Shown here piece by piece: positions 9,806-19,295 of a DNA stretch of 64,000 nt (position 1 is the stretch's first letter; each line of letters opens with the position of its first letter). The stretch is from Bacteroidota bacterium (GTDB taxonomy: Bacteria > Bacteroidota > Bacteroidia > Flavobacteriales > Flavobacteriaceae). The position numbers were made by a program, and so were the translations under genes. Under the pieces are notes generated by a model that saw only the letters and a program-made list of their open reading frames with translations, was not told the origin of the DNA and made no database searches. The stretch spans positions 14,823 to 78,822 of the forward strand of contig JAZKHA010000021.1 of NCBI GenBank assembly GCA_040385625.1, in the 5' to 3' direction.

Positions 9806-10450
9806 ATGAAATTAACAAGCACTTTAATCTTTGCGATATTTTTATTGAGTTGTAAAAACGAAAATCAAGGAAATTTAGCCAAAGCTATTACTGAAAAATC
9901 AATTTATACGATTGAAAATCCAACTGATTTCTATGAAAGACTATCTAATGCTGCTATTTCCATTATTGATGCTGAAGTAATTTACACCCCAAATTATATC
10001 GGCATAAAATACCCAAACGGAGATGTTCCACCAAAAACAGGTGTTTGCACAGATGTTGTCATTCGAACCTACAGAAAATTAAATATTGATTTACAAAAAG
10101 AAGTCCACGAAGATATGGTAGCCCATTTTAATTTGTATCCGAATTTAAAAAAGTGGGGATTAAAATCAACCGATACTAATATTGACCACAGAAGAGTGCC
10201 TAACTTAGAAGTTTTCTTCGAAAGAAAAGGTAAAAAAATACCCGTTTCACAAAATCCTTCGGATTATAAAACGGGTGATATTATAACCTGGATGATAAAT
10301 GACAAACTTCCACACATTGGGATAATTACACATTTAAAATCAGAAGATGGGAAACGACCAATGATTGTTCATAATGTTGGTAGTGGCCAGATTTTAGCTG
10401 ATTGTTTACTTAATTATACCATAGTTGGGCATTTTCGATATGGTGACTAA
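9806..10450 (+). CDS. DUF1287-type lipoprotein
   Basis: Start chosen at MKLTSTLIFAIFLLSC (lipobox); the track ORF begins at 9779. Conserved segments are TGVCTDVVIRTYR, IDHRRVPNL, LPHIGIIT and IVHNVG. Confidence 0.65.
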   Translation: MKLTSTLIFAIFLLSCKNENQGNLAKAITEKSIYTIENPTDFYERLSNAAISIIDAEVIYTPNYIGIKYPNGDVPPKTGVCTDVVIRTYRKLNIDLQKEVHEDMVAHFNLYPNLKKWGLKSTDTNIDHRRVPNLEVFFERKGKKIPVSQNPSDYKTGDIITWMINDKLPHIGIITHLKSEDGKRPMIVHNVGSGQILADCLLNYTIVGHFRYGD

Positions 10451-11806
10451 TTATTGAATAAGTCCTTTCACTTCATCAAAATTTAACCCTCCATAATTAC
10501 CTGAACTCATCAAAAGCAAAGCAGTATTGTCAAAATCTTGAGAAAACAAAAACTGTTTGAATTCGGATGGATTCGTGTAAATGACTAAGTCGTCACGCTT
10601 GAAAGATTGCGCAATTTGTTCGTATGTCACTTCTTCTAGTTGTTTTATTTTAACTGCATCAGGCGAATAGAAAACCACAGCCACATCGGCATTATTTAAA
10701 GCTCCTTCATACTCTTTAAGAAACTCCGCATTTAAACTACTATAAGTATGCAATTCTAAGCAAGCTACCAAAGTTCTATCCGGATATTGTTCTTTTACTG
10801 CTTTTGTCGTAGCCGCCACTTTACTTGGTGAATGCGCAAAGTCTTTATAAGCGACTTTTCTAGAGCTTTCCGCTATTTTTTCTAGGCGTTTTGAGGCACC
10901 TTTAAAAGAAGCAATCGCTTCATAAAATTCCGCTTCATCGACACCCATACACTGACAAATCCATTTGGCTCCAGCAAGATTATTCAAATTATGCGCTCCA
11001 AAAACTTCAATTGGCATTGGTCCTTCAGGAGTTTCTAGTAATGTCACCCCATTTTCAACCGAATATTCAGGGGTATGATAAGCAATTTTACGAATTGGAT
11101 TATCCGCTTTTTCGGCTACTCGTTTTACTTCCGAATCATTTTCATTGTAAATCAAAACTCCACCATTAGTGATTTTTTGAATAAAAACTTCAAACTGTTC
11201 CACGTAGTTTTCATACGTCGGAAAAACATTGATATGATCCCAGGCAATACCTGAAATCAAAGCAATATTAGGTTGGTACAAATGGAATTTTGGTCGACGG
11301 TCAATTGGTGATGACAGATACTCATCCCCTTCTAAAACGATAAAATCATTTTTTTCTGTCAGATGCACCATGGTATCAAAACCTTCCAACTGTGCTCCTA
11401 CCATATAATCAACTTCGATATTATGATAATGCATTACGTGAAGAATCATAGAAGTAATGGTGGTTTTTCCGTGAGACCCACCTATAACCACACGGGTTTT
11501 ATTTTTAGACTGCTCGTATAAAAATTCTGGATATGAATAAATTTTTAATCCAAGCTCCTGTGCTTTTAACAACTCTGGATTGTCTGCTTTGGCGTGCATT
11601 CCAAGAATGACAGCTTCAATATTTTGCGTGATTTTTTCAGGAAACCAACCCATTTCAATTGGTAGCAATCCTTTCTTTTCTAATCTTGATTTTGAAGGTT
11701 CAAAAATAGCATCGTCGCTACCTGTCACTTGATATCCTTTATTGTGTAATGCTAATGCTAAATTATGCATGGCGGCTCCGCCAATAGCGATGAAGTGTGT
11801 ACGCAT
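10451..11806 (-). CDS. mpl: UDP-N-acetylmuramate:L-alanyl-gamma-D-glutamyl-meso-DAP ligase (murein peptide ligase)
   Basis: N-terminus MRTHFIAIGGAAMHNLALALHNKGYQVTGSDD, the Mur ligase P-loop GGSHGKTTITSM, and 451 aa length. Confidence 0.85.
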   Translation of the reverse strand: MRTHFIAIGGAAMHNLALALHNKGYQVTGSDDAIFEPSKSRLEKKGLLPIEMGWFPEKITQNIEAVILGMHAKADNPELLKAQELGLKIYSYPEFLYEQSKNKTRVVIGGSHGKTTITSMILHVMHYHNIEVDYMVGAQLEGFDTMVHLTEKNDFIVLEGDEYLSSPIDRRPKFHLYQPNIALISGIAWDHINVFPTYENYVEQFEVFIQKITNGGVLIYNENDSEVKRVAEKADNPIRKIAYHTPEYSVENGVTLLETPEGPMPIEVFGAHNLNNLAGAKWICQCMGVDEAEFYEAIASFKGASKRLEKIAESSRKVAYKDFAHSPSKVAATTKAVKEQYPDRTLVACLELHTYSSLNAEFLKEYEGALNNADVAVVFYSPDAVKIKQLEEVTYEQIAQSFKRDDLVIYTNPSEFKQFLFSQDFDNTALLLMSSGNYGGLNFDEVKGLIQ

Positions 11807-11809
11807 TTG

Positions 11810-12496
11810 TTAAATCGTATAATCGTTTTTTAAATTTTGGGCTTTTTCCTTATTCTTTAGCTTGTTCAAATATAAATCATATAGCTTTTCAAAAGTAGTT
11901 TTAGAATACCCTATTTCGTGTGCTTTTATATAATTGCTTTCTGCTTTATCGTAACGTTCGAAATAAACATCAATATAACCTTTGGCCAGATAGCCATCTA
12001 CTTTGGACAAATTCAAAAGTTGATCGGCAAATTTTTGTGCTTTACTTTCACTACCGCCAAGTATTCCTGGTAATTCTATGTAAAACATAACCAAAGCCCA
12101 ACGAACATTAATGTGCTTTGCATCAAGCTTTGCTGAAGTTTCAAAAGCTTCCTCTACATCATCAATCATTCCCAGCGCTTTCAATTTATTACTGTTTTTT
12201 GCTTTCATTCCTAAGGCCCCACCGTACTTAAACCAATAATCGGCATTTTTCGGAAAAGCATTTCTCAATTTTAACGCATACTTAATCGCCTCGTCCCAAT
12301 TTTGGGTATGGAAAGCAATTTCGCCTAAGCAATCAATAACTTTGTAATTATTAGGTGTCTCTTTAAGTATACTTTCAAAAAGAGGTTTTGCCTGAAGGTA
12401 TTTTTTTTGATCCAATAGTTTTTGCCCCTTTTCAAAAGTGGTTTGTGACCAAAAAGCTATTGGAAAGAATAAAAACAGAATAAACCATTGCTTCAT
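11810..12496 (-). CDS. Secreted tetratricopeptide-repeat protein
   Basis: Signal peptide (FLFFPIAFWSQ) and TPR-like helical repeats. Lies 3 nt upstream of mpl on the same strand. Confidence 0.6.
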   Translation of the reverse strand: MKQWFILFLFFPIAFWSQTTFEKGQKLLDQKKYLQAKPLFESILKETPNNYKVIDCLGEIAFHTQNWDEAIKYALKLRNAFPKNADYWFKYGGALGMKAKNSNKLKALGMIDDVEEAFETSAKLDAKHINVRWALVMFYIELPGILGGSESKAQKFADQLLNLSKVDGYLAKGYIDVYFERYDKAESNYIKAHEIGYSKTTFEKLYDLYLNKLKNKEKAQNLKNDYTI

Positions 12497-12500
12497 GTTT

Positions 12501-12508
12501 CAAAAATA
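12501..12508 (-). promoter_or_regulatory. Candidate -7 promoter box (TATTTTTG on the minus strand) for the TPR-mpl operon
   Basis: The reverse complement of CAAAAATA matches TAnnTTTG. It ends only 4 nt before the ATG at 12496. Confidence 0.35.
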
Positions 12509-12523
12509 GGCAAATCAAGTCAA

Positions 12524-12556
12524 TAAAAAAATCCGAATTCATTCCTGAATTCGGAT
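12524..12556 (-). terminator. Rho-independent terminator after the S46 peptidase gene
   Basis: 11-bp stem ATCCGAATTCA / TGAATTCGGAT with a 4-nt loop. A T-run follows on the minus strand (A-run 12525-12530 on the plus strand). Confidence 0.8.
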
Positions 12557-12581
12557 TCCATTTAAAAACTCATTGAAAATA

Positions 12582-14732
12582 TTATTTCACTAATGTCATT
12601 TCGTCAACGATATGCTTCGCTCCTGAGAAATTCTCAATTACCCACAATACATAACGAATATCAACATTGATTGTTCTTTGTAATTTTTTGTCAAAGATTA
12701 CATCACCTGCCATTGCTTCAATATTTCCATCAAAAGCCAAACCGATTAATTCCCCTTTTCCGTTTAATACTGGAGAACCTGAGTTACCACCTGTAATATC
12801 ATTATCTGTCAAGAAGTTAACGTGTAACGAACCGTCTTTGTCTGCAAAACGTCCAAAATCTTTGTTTTTGTTCATTTCCAATACACGAGTTGGTAAATCA
12901 AATTCTTGATCACCCTTTTTGTATTTTTTAACTTGACCATCTAAAGTTGTATAGTTGTTCACTTTAGCATCGTTACGCTTATCAGCTGGTAACGAACGTA
13001 CTTTTCCGTATGTTAAACGTAAAGTAGAGTTTGCATCTGGATATTTAATTTCTCCAATTTTAGACTCTCTTAAACCTTCTACTAATTTACGGAACGCTGC
13101 TCCGTAATCATTTTGCGCTTTTGCAATCGCATCTGATTTTGAACTAAAATGAGCTGTCATATCATTAGACAAAGCATTTAAAGGATCATTTGATAATAAA
13201 CCTTCACTTGGTAAATCTAAAAATGCTTTGATTCTATCTTTTGAAGTTAAAATACTCAAATCGAAAGCAGCATTTACATATTTAGTAAAATCACCATTGT
13301 TTTCTTTTCCAATTTTTTCTACCATTGGCGCAATTGCGTAACCTGTAGATTTAGTTGAATACAATTTTAATTGCGCTGCTAATAAATCTTTTTCAGCAGG
13401 AATATGAGCTTCTTTAAACAATTCGTCAGCCATTTCTAAAATTCCAGGAGCCATTTGAGTACGTTTTGCAGCATCAGCTTTTGCATACGTTTCTAACTGT
13501 TTTCCTAAAGTTCTTCCGATAGTTCCAAAAGTTGTTGTTCTGAACAACTGTTGTAAATAATTATCGTGACGTGATTTCTCGTTTGTTAACTTATAGAAGT
13601 TATTGATCGTTTCAACAACATTTCCGTATTTAGCTTTGTTTGCAGGTAAATTAGCCCATTTATTAAATTTAGCTTCTTGTACTCCTTTTAATTTAGCCGT
13701 TTGGAATTTTGATAATGCATCAATCATTCCTTGACGGTTTTTCCAGTAGTTTGCTGTTGAAGCAAATTTTGAAGCATATACCAAGTTCAAAGCATCACTT
13801 TGATTCATGTATTTCTTCATGTTGTCCATACCCGTTTTGGCACCTTCAACCCAAGCCGGGTAAGCAAATTTAACATTTTGCTCAATTCCGCCAGCTGGCA
13901 TCCAACGATTAGTACGTCCTGGATAACCTAAAATCATAGCGAAGTCATTTTCCTTCACTCCTTTTAAGTTAACAGGTAAGTGATGTTTCGGTTGTAACGG
14001 AACGTTACTTGTAGAATAATCTGCTGGATTTCCATTAGCATCTGCATACACACGGAACATAGAGAAATCGGCAGTATGACGTGGCCATTCCCAGTTGTCA
14101 GTATCTCCTCCAAATTTACCTAAGCTTTCTGGTGGAGTTCCAACTAAACGAACGTCTTTATAATCTTGGTATACGAAAAAGTAATATTCGTTTCCTTGAA
14201 AGAATGAACGTACAGAAACTGTATATTTTCCTCCTTCGTTGTTTTCTTTTTCAATTTTCGCAATTTCAGCATTAATCGCTTTTTCGCGTTCTGCTTCTGT
14301 CATTGACGGATTTACAACTGCTAAAATTCTTTTAGAACAATCGTCCATACGAACGAAGAAACGAACAAACAAACTTGAAGGTTTAATTTCTTCTGCTCTT
14401 GTTTTAGCCCAAAATCCATTTTTTAGGTGATTTTTTTCTGCAGTAGATTGTTCAGCAATAGCATCATATCCACAGTGGTGGTTTGTTAATACTAAACCAT
14501 CTTTAGAAATCAATTCAGCAGTACAACCTCCATTAAATTGAACGATAGCGTCCTTTAAACTGTGATTGTTGATACTGTAAATTTCTTGAGCTGTAAGTTG
14601 CAAGCCCATTTTTTGCATATCTCTGTGATTTAAACGCTCGATGAACATTAAAAACCACATTCCCTCATCTGCTTTTACACTTGATGGTACAAGCATAATA
14701 GCCGCGATTAGAGATAAAAGTAATTTTTTCAT
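12582..14732 (-). CDS. S46-family dipeptidyl-peptidase (DPP7-like)
   Basis: Signal peptide followed by DEGMWF. Catalytic His in LTNHHCG and catalytic Ser in TGGNSGSPVLN. 716 aa. The FDGN segment carries Gly where, from memory, DPP11 enzymes carry Arg; this needs an alignment to confirm. Confidence 0.85.
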   Translation of the reverse strand: MKKLLLSLIAAIMLVPSSVKADEGMWFLMFIERLNHRDMQKMGLQLTAQEIYSINNHSLKDAIVQFNGGCTAELISKDGLVLTNHHCGYDAIAEQSTAEKNHLKNGFWAKTRAEEIKPSSLFVRFFVRMDDCSKRILAVVNPSMTEAEREKAINAEIAKIEKENNEGGKYTVSVRSFFQGNEYYFFVYQDYKDVRLVGTPPESLGKFGGDTDNWEWPRHTADFSMFRVYADANGNPADYSTSNVPLQPKHHLPVNLKGVKENDFAMILGYPGRTNRWMPAGGIEQNVKFAYPAWVEGAKTGMDNMKKYMNQSDALNLVYASKFASTANYWKNRQGMIDALSKFQTAKLKGVQEAKFNKWANLPANKAKYGNVVETINNFYKLTNEKSRHDNYLQQLFRTTTFGTIGRTLGKQLETYAKADAAKRTQMAPGILEMADELFKEAHIPAEKDLLAAQLKLYSTKSTGYAIAPMVEKIGKENNGDFTKYVNAAFDLSILTSKDRIKAFLDLPSEGLLSNDPLNALSNDMTAHFSSKSDAIAKAQNDYGAAFRKLVEGLRESKIGEIKYPDANSTLRLTYGKVRSLPADKRNDAKVNNYTTLDGQVKKYKKGDQEFDLPTRVLEMNKNKDFGRFADKDGSLHVNFLTDNDITGGNSGSPVLNGKGELIGLAFDGNIEAMAGDVIFDKKLQRTINVDIRYVLWVIENFSGAKHIVDEMTLVK

Positions 14733-14908
14733 AATAAATTTTATTTTTAGTGGTGCGAATATAGTCGATTTGCGATTTATCCGAAAATATTACAAAAACA
14801 AAATGACTTTCTTAAGATAATTTTAACGCATTTTAAGCAAAACTCAACACTATACGATTCTGATTTTTAATTTATTAACTAAATAATGCAATGGCAAATT
14901 TTATTTAC

Positions 14909-14916
14909 TAAATTTG
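14909..14916 (+). promoter_or_regulatory. Candidate -7 promoter box (TAAATTTG) for the BON-LysM gene
   Basis: Match to TAnnTTTG, 31 nt upstream of the ATG at 14947. Confidence 0.45.
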
Positions 14917-14946
14917 AAAGAATAACAAATTAAAAACTAAAAAATT

Positions 14947-15411
14947 ATGGGATTGTTTTCATTTATCAAAGGAGCCGGAAAAAAAATATTTGGTTCTAAA
15001 GAAGAGGCTGCACCAGCAGAAGAAAAAGCACAATTAAAAGCAAGCGCCTTATTGGGTCACGTTCAAGCCTTAGGATTACCTTTTAATTCGTTAAAAGTAT
15101 CTGTAAAAGAAGATGGTGTAGTTGCCGTGAGTGGTGAGGTTGACCAACAGTCAGACTCTGAAAAAATTGTATTAGCACTAGGAAATGTTGAAGGTGTTGA
15201 AACTGTTGACAACCAAATGACCGTAGCTGTACCTGCTCCAGAAGCGAGATACCATACTGTTGCTGAAGGTGATTGGTTATCTAAAATTGCCGACAAGTAC
15301 TATGGAGATCCTATGAAATATGATGCCATTTTTGAAGCGAACAAGCCCATGCTTAAAGATCCGGACGAAATTTACCCAGGTCAAGTTTTAAGAATTCCAA
15401 ACTTAGACTAA
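14947..15411 (+). CDS. BON-domain plus LysM peptidoglycan-binding protein (YgaU/Kbp-like)
   Basis: Central BON-like region (VSVKEDGVVAVSGEVDQQSDSEKIVLALGNVEGVETVDNQM). The C-terminal LysM is YHTVAEGDWLSKIADKYYGD...IYPGQVLRIP. Confidence 0.8.
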   Translation: MGLFSFIKGAGKKIFGSKEEAAPAEEKAQLKASALLGHVQALGLPFNSLKVSVKEDGVVAVSGEVDQQSDSEKIVLALGNVEGVETVDNQMTVAVPAPEARYHTVAEGDWLSKIADKYYGDPMKYDAIFEANKPMLKDPDEIYPGQVLRIPNLD

Positions 15412-15428
15412 AGAAATAAATTGATAAT

Positions 15429-15457
15429 AAAAAATCCCGCTTTGGCGGGATTTTTTA
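15429..15457. terminator. Bidirectional terminator between the convergent lysM and M43 protease genes
   Basis: AAAAATCCCGC-TTTG-GCGGGATTTTT, flanked by A and T runs on both sides. Confidence 0.8.
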
Positions 15458-15485
15458 TTATATAAGAATGGTTAATTATACTTTG

Positions 15486-16733
15486 CTATTCAATAACAAT
15501 CTTTTTAATTGCAATTGAATTATCTGCTTTTATTTTTACAAAATAAACACCTGTGGCTGCAGAATTTAAATTTACAGTTTGCGACAAATTAGAGCTATTT
15601 GTAAATTCATTTGTATAAACAAGACGAGCTGATTGATCAAGTACTTGAACACTATAATTACCTATTACCTCGGGAAACTGAATAGTAAAACTTCCTTTAC
15701 TTGGATTAGGGAATAACGAGATACTCTTCTCAAATGCATAATCATTTCTTGATAAAGTATTCAAATTGAAAGCAGGTTGAATTACATTTAAATGTGCCTG
15801 AGCACGTTGTGCTTGCCCTGCGGTTAGCATATACATACACACGTCATTAGTATAATCCATATAATTCATAGTTAGTTCCCTTGGAGTACCAGCACAAGTA
15901 GACAAATGTCCTGTTGCCGGACAACCAAAATTTGATGCATTATGTAATGGGGTGTCTGCAACAAAGTCGTTACCACAATTAGCATCTCCCCATATGTGTT
16001 CTAGATTTAAATAATGACCTAATTCGTGTGTTAAGGTTCTCCCTAAATTATAAGGCGCACCTGGAACGTAACCTGTACAACCTGCGCCTGAGCCAAAAGC
16101 ACCCGCATCAATATAAACCGCAGCACCATCTGCTGGTGATGAGCCTAAATAAGCATATCCTAAAGTTGATCCTGATAAATTTTCAACTACTAGATTTAAA
16201 TATCCAGCCCAATCAGGATCCCAGTCACCATCGGGACCTCCACCAAAACGAATTCCAAATGTAATTGCCTTATCTCCATTAACTAACCCCATCCCAGCCG
16301 GGTGGTTTTGTGTAGCAATTTCGAAAATTACATTTAAACTTCCATTATTCACTCCCGGAAAATATGTCTTAGTTGTATTATTCCAAATAGATATATCTGA
16401 ATTGGTTCCGTTAAAATCGGCATTAAGAATATCAACCTGATTCTGAGCTAAAGCTCTCAAACAATCCTTTTGAGCTGGAGTTGCTGAATTAGCGCCGGTA
16501 TAATGAACTGCAACTGGAATATGTATTTCACCAGCTCTTTGAGTAATCCCATTCGCTTGATTATTTACTAATCTGTTGAGCTCAATTTCAGATAAAGCTT
16601 TATTCTTTTCGTATTTTGAGTGCATCGTTGGATTATTCTCCAACTCAATCTTTTTTTGGACCACTCCACAATTTCGCTCTTGCGCAAAGCCAAATTGAAA
16701 AGCCAAAACAATTAAAAGTAGTTTTATTTTCAT
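15486..16733 (-). CDS. M43-family (cytophagalysin/pappalysin-type) zinc metalloprotease with a T9SS C-terminal sorting domain
   Basis: Signal peptide. Zinc site HELGHYLNLEHIWGD (nt ~16012-16029). The last ~78 aa (nt ~15489-15722) end in ...GVYFVKIKADNSIAIKKIVIE, typical of a type A T9SS sorting domain. Confidence 0.8.
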   Translation of the reverse strand: MKIKLLLIVLAFQFGFAQERNCGVVQKKIELENNPTMHSKYEKNKALSEIELNRLVNNQANGITQRAGEIHIPVAVHYTGANSATPAQKDCLRALAQNQVDILNADFNGTNSDISIWNNTTKTYFPGVNNGSLNVIFEIATQNHPAGMGLVNGDKAITFGIRFGGGPDGDWDPDWAGYLNLVVENLSGSTLGYAYLGSSPADGAAVYIDAGAFGSGAGCTGYVPGAPYNLGRTLTHELGHYLNLEHIWGDANCGNDFVADTPLHNASNFGCPATGHLSTCAGTPRELTMNYMDYTNDVCMYMLTAGQAQRAQAHLNVIQPAFNLNTLSRNDYAFEKSISLFPNPSKGSFTIQFPEVIGNYSVQVLDQSARLVYTNEFTNSSNLSQTVNLNSAATGVYFVKIKADNSIAIKKIVIE

Positions 16734-16788
16734 AATGTGAATTTTATTCTGCTAATATATGTATTTTATTGCTAAACAATATAATAAC

Positions 16789-16815
16789 AAAAAAAGTCCC
16801 GATAAATATCGGGAC
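16789..16815 (-). terminator. Rho-independent terminator immediately after obg
   Basis: 8-bp stem GTCCCGAT / ATCGGGAC with a 4-nt loop. It starts next to the obg stop codon and is followed by a 7-nt T-run on the minus strand. Confidence 0.75.
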
Positions 16816-16819
16816 TTTT

Positions 16820-17827
16820 TTATGCTTCTGTATTTAACATTTGCCATAATTTGTCTTTCAACTCTGTCAAACCTTGTTGGGCGACAGACGATATAAACAT
16901 ATATGGGATTCCTTTAAAATCTTTATCCAATTGCTTTTTCATTTCAGCTTTAAGCTCATCATCAAGCATGTCACATTTTGAAACCACAATCAAACGATCT
17001 TTGTCTAACATTTCTGGATTGTAACGACGTAATTCATCTAACAAAATATCGTACTCTTTCTTAATATCATCAGCATCAGCTGGAACCAAAAATAATAGTG
17101 TTGAATTTCGTTCAATATGACGTAAGAAATAATGCCCTAATCCTTTTCCTTCAGCAGCACCTTCTATAATCCCAGGAATATCCGCAATCACAAACGATTG
17201 AAAATCTCGGTATGCCACGATTCCTAAATTGGGTTTTAAAGTTGTAAAAGCATAATCGGCAATTTTAGGTTTTGCAGAAGTAAGCACCGACAATAAAGTC
17301 GATTTTCCTGCATTTGGAAACCCAACCAAACCAACATCTGCTAAGACTTTTAATTCTAAAACAATATCTGCTTCTACTGGAGGCATTCCCGGTTGAGCAT
17401 AACGAGGTGTTTGATTTGTTGACGAGCGAAAATTCCAGTTTCCTAAACCACCTTTACCACCTTCGGCAACAATTCTTTTTTCTCCATCCTCTGTGATTTC
17501 AAAAAGAATTTCATTCGTGTCTTTATCACGAACAACAGTCCCTAAAGGAACCTCAATTATTTTATCTTCACCATCATGACCTGTACTACGAGAACTTCCA
17601 CCATCACCACCATGACCAGCTTTGACGTGACGCGCAAATTTCAGGTGAAACAAAGTCCAAAGTCCTTTATTTCCTACCAAATAAACGTGTCCACCACGAC
17701 CACCATCTCCACCATCTGGACCACCTTTTTCAATAAATTTTTCTCTGTGTAAATGCGAAGATCCTTTTCCGCCTTTACCAGATGAAACATATATTTTTAC
17801 GTAGTCTACAAAGTTACCCTCTGTCAT
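16820..17827 (-). CDS. obg: GTPase Obg/CgtA
   Basis: Gly-rich Obg fold ([27 protein letters not shown]). G1 motif [10 protein letters not shown]3 motif DIPGIIEGA, and SKCD. Confidence 0.92.
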   Translation of the reverse strand: MTEGNFVDYVKIYVSSGKGGKGSSHLHREKFIEKGGPDGGDGGRGGHVYLVGNKGLWTLFHLKFARHVKAGHGGDGGSSRSTGHDGEDKIIEVPLGTVVRDKDTNEILFEITEDGEKRIVAEGGKGGLGNWNFRSSTNQTPRYAQPGMPPVEADIVLELKVLADVGLVGFPNAGKSTLLSVLTSAKPKIADYAFTTLKPNLGIVAYRDFQSFVIADIPGIIEGAAEGKGLGHYFLRHIERNSTLLFLVPADADDIKKEYDILLDELRRYNPEMLDKDRLIVVSKCDMLDDELKAEMKKQLDKDFKGIPYMFISSVAQQGLTELKDKLWQMLNTEA

Positions 17828-17979
17828 TGTTTCTTATTTTTCAATATTAATGAATTAAGTTAAAAGTACCTGACAGCCACTGGCTGTCCTCCTCTTAATC
17901 TCAAATCTTCTGTCATTCTCTAAGTATTCAGTTATAAGTGTTAAGTGTTCAGAAAATTATTATCTGAATACAAACTATT

Positions 17980-19263
17980 TTAATTTAATTCTTTTAAGGA
18001 ACGTACTAAAACCTTATCGATTTTAACACCATCCATATCTATAACTTCCAATTCCATTTTATTCCACAACAACTTCTCTCCTACTTTTGGGATGTATGAT
18101 AATTCGGTCATGATTAAACCACTTACGGTAGTTACGTCATAATCGTTAATCAAATCATCCATATCAAAATAAGTTAAGAAATCATGTAATGAATAATGAC
18201 CATCTACCAACCAAGTACCATCTTCACGAGCAATCAGTTGAAATTCATCATCATAAAACTCAGCCGCATCTCCTACTAAAGCTTCCAAAATATCATTCAG
18301 GGTAATTATCCCTTGAACCATTCCGTGTTCATCAGTTACAAGTGCATAATGCACTTTTGTTTTTTTGAAAATTTCTAAAGCTTTATATGCTGAAGTGTGT
18401 TCAATAAAATATACTGGCTCTTTTGAAATAGTTTTAAAATCGAATTTTTCTTCCTTTTCAAAACCTTTAAACAAATCTTTCAAGAAAACTACACCAACAA
18501 CATTATCCAGATTATCATCACAAACAGGATACACTGAGTGAAGCTCTTCGAGTACTTGTTTTTTCAACTCTACGACATTGTCTTCAAGCGAAAGATACAT
18601 CATTGAGTTACGATGTGTCATCAATGAATTAATTTTTCTATCCCCAATGTGAAACACACGTTCCACGATATCTTGTTCAATTTCCTGGACTTCACCACCT
18701 TCAGTTCCTTCTTTGATGATGGCTTTGATTTCCTCTTCTGTTACTTTACCATCGGCAGTCGGCTTTATTTTAAAAACACCCAAAATAAAATCAGTCGAAA
18801 CGGTTAACAACCAAATAAATGGAGCTGTAATTATTGAAACAATTTTCATTGGAACCGCAACCCCTTTTGCTATTGCTTCAGGATAATTCAACCCAATACG
18901 TTTGGGTAATAATTCACCGAAAACCAAAGAAAAATAAGTCAAAATAACCACAACGGTTCCAACTGACAATGAAGCCGCATAGGGTTGAGTTAGAGCAAAA
19001 CTCTCATAAAAAAAGCGAACATCTTCGGTTACTTTTTCACCCGAATAAATACCGGTTAAAATACCAATAAGGGTAATCCCTATTTGTACCGTCGATAAAA
19101 ATTTGTTTGGCGAGTTCGCCAAATCTAAAGCTGTTCTCGCACTCGTATTGCCTTTTTTGGCAGCGGTTTCTAACCTGTTCTTTCTTGCTGATATGAGTGC
19201 GATTTCTGACATAGAAAAAATTCCATTAAGTAAAATCAGCAAGAAAATTATGAGTATTTCCAA
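17980..19263 (-). CDS. CNNM/TlyC-family membrane protein (DUF21, CBS pair and CorC_HlyC domains; annotated elsewhere as hemolysin family protein)
   Basis: N-terminal 4-TM DUF21 with the ALISARKNRLE motif, a CBS pair, and a C-terminal transporter-associated domain. Confidence 0.8.
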   Translation of the reverse strand: MEILIIFLLILLNGIFSMSEIALISARKNRLETAAKKGNTSARTALDLANSPNKFLSTVQIGITLIGILTGIYSGEKVTEDVRFFYESFALTQPYAASLSVGTVVVILTYFSLVFGELLPKRIGLNYPEAIAKGVAVPMKIVSIITAPFIWLLTVSTDFILGVFKIKPTADGKVTEEEIKAIIKEGTEGGEVQEIEQDIVERVFHIGDRKINSLMTHRNSMMYLSLEDNVVELKKQVLEELHSVYPVCDDNLDNVVGVVFLKDLFKGFEKEEKFDFKTISKEPVYFIEHTSAYKALEIFKKTKVHYALVTDEHGMVQGIITLNDILEALVGDAAEFYDDEFQLIAREDGTWLVDGHYSLHDFLTYFDMDDLINDYDVTTVSGLIMTELSYIPKVGEKLLWNKMELEVIDMDGVKIDKVLVRSLKELN

Positions 19264-19295
19264 TTGTTTCTGTTTAGTTTATAGTTTGTACTAAT

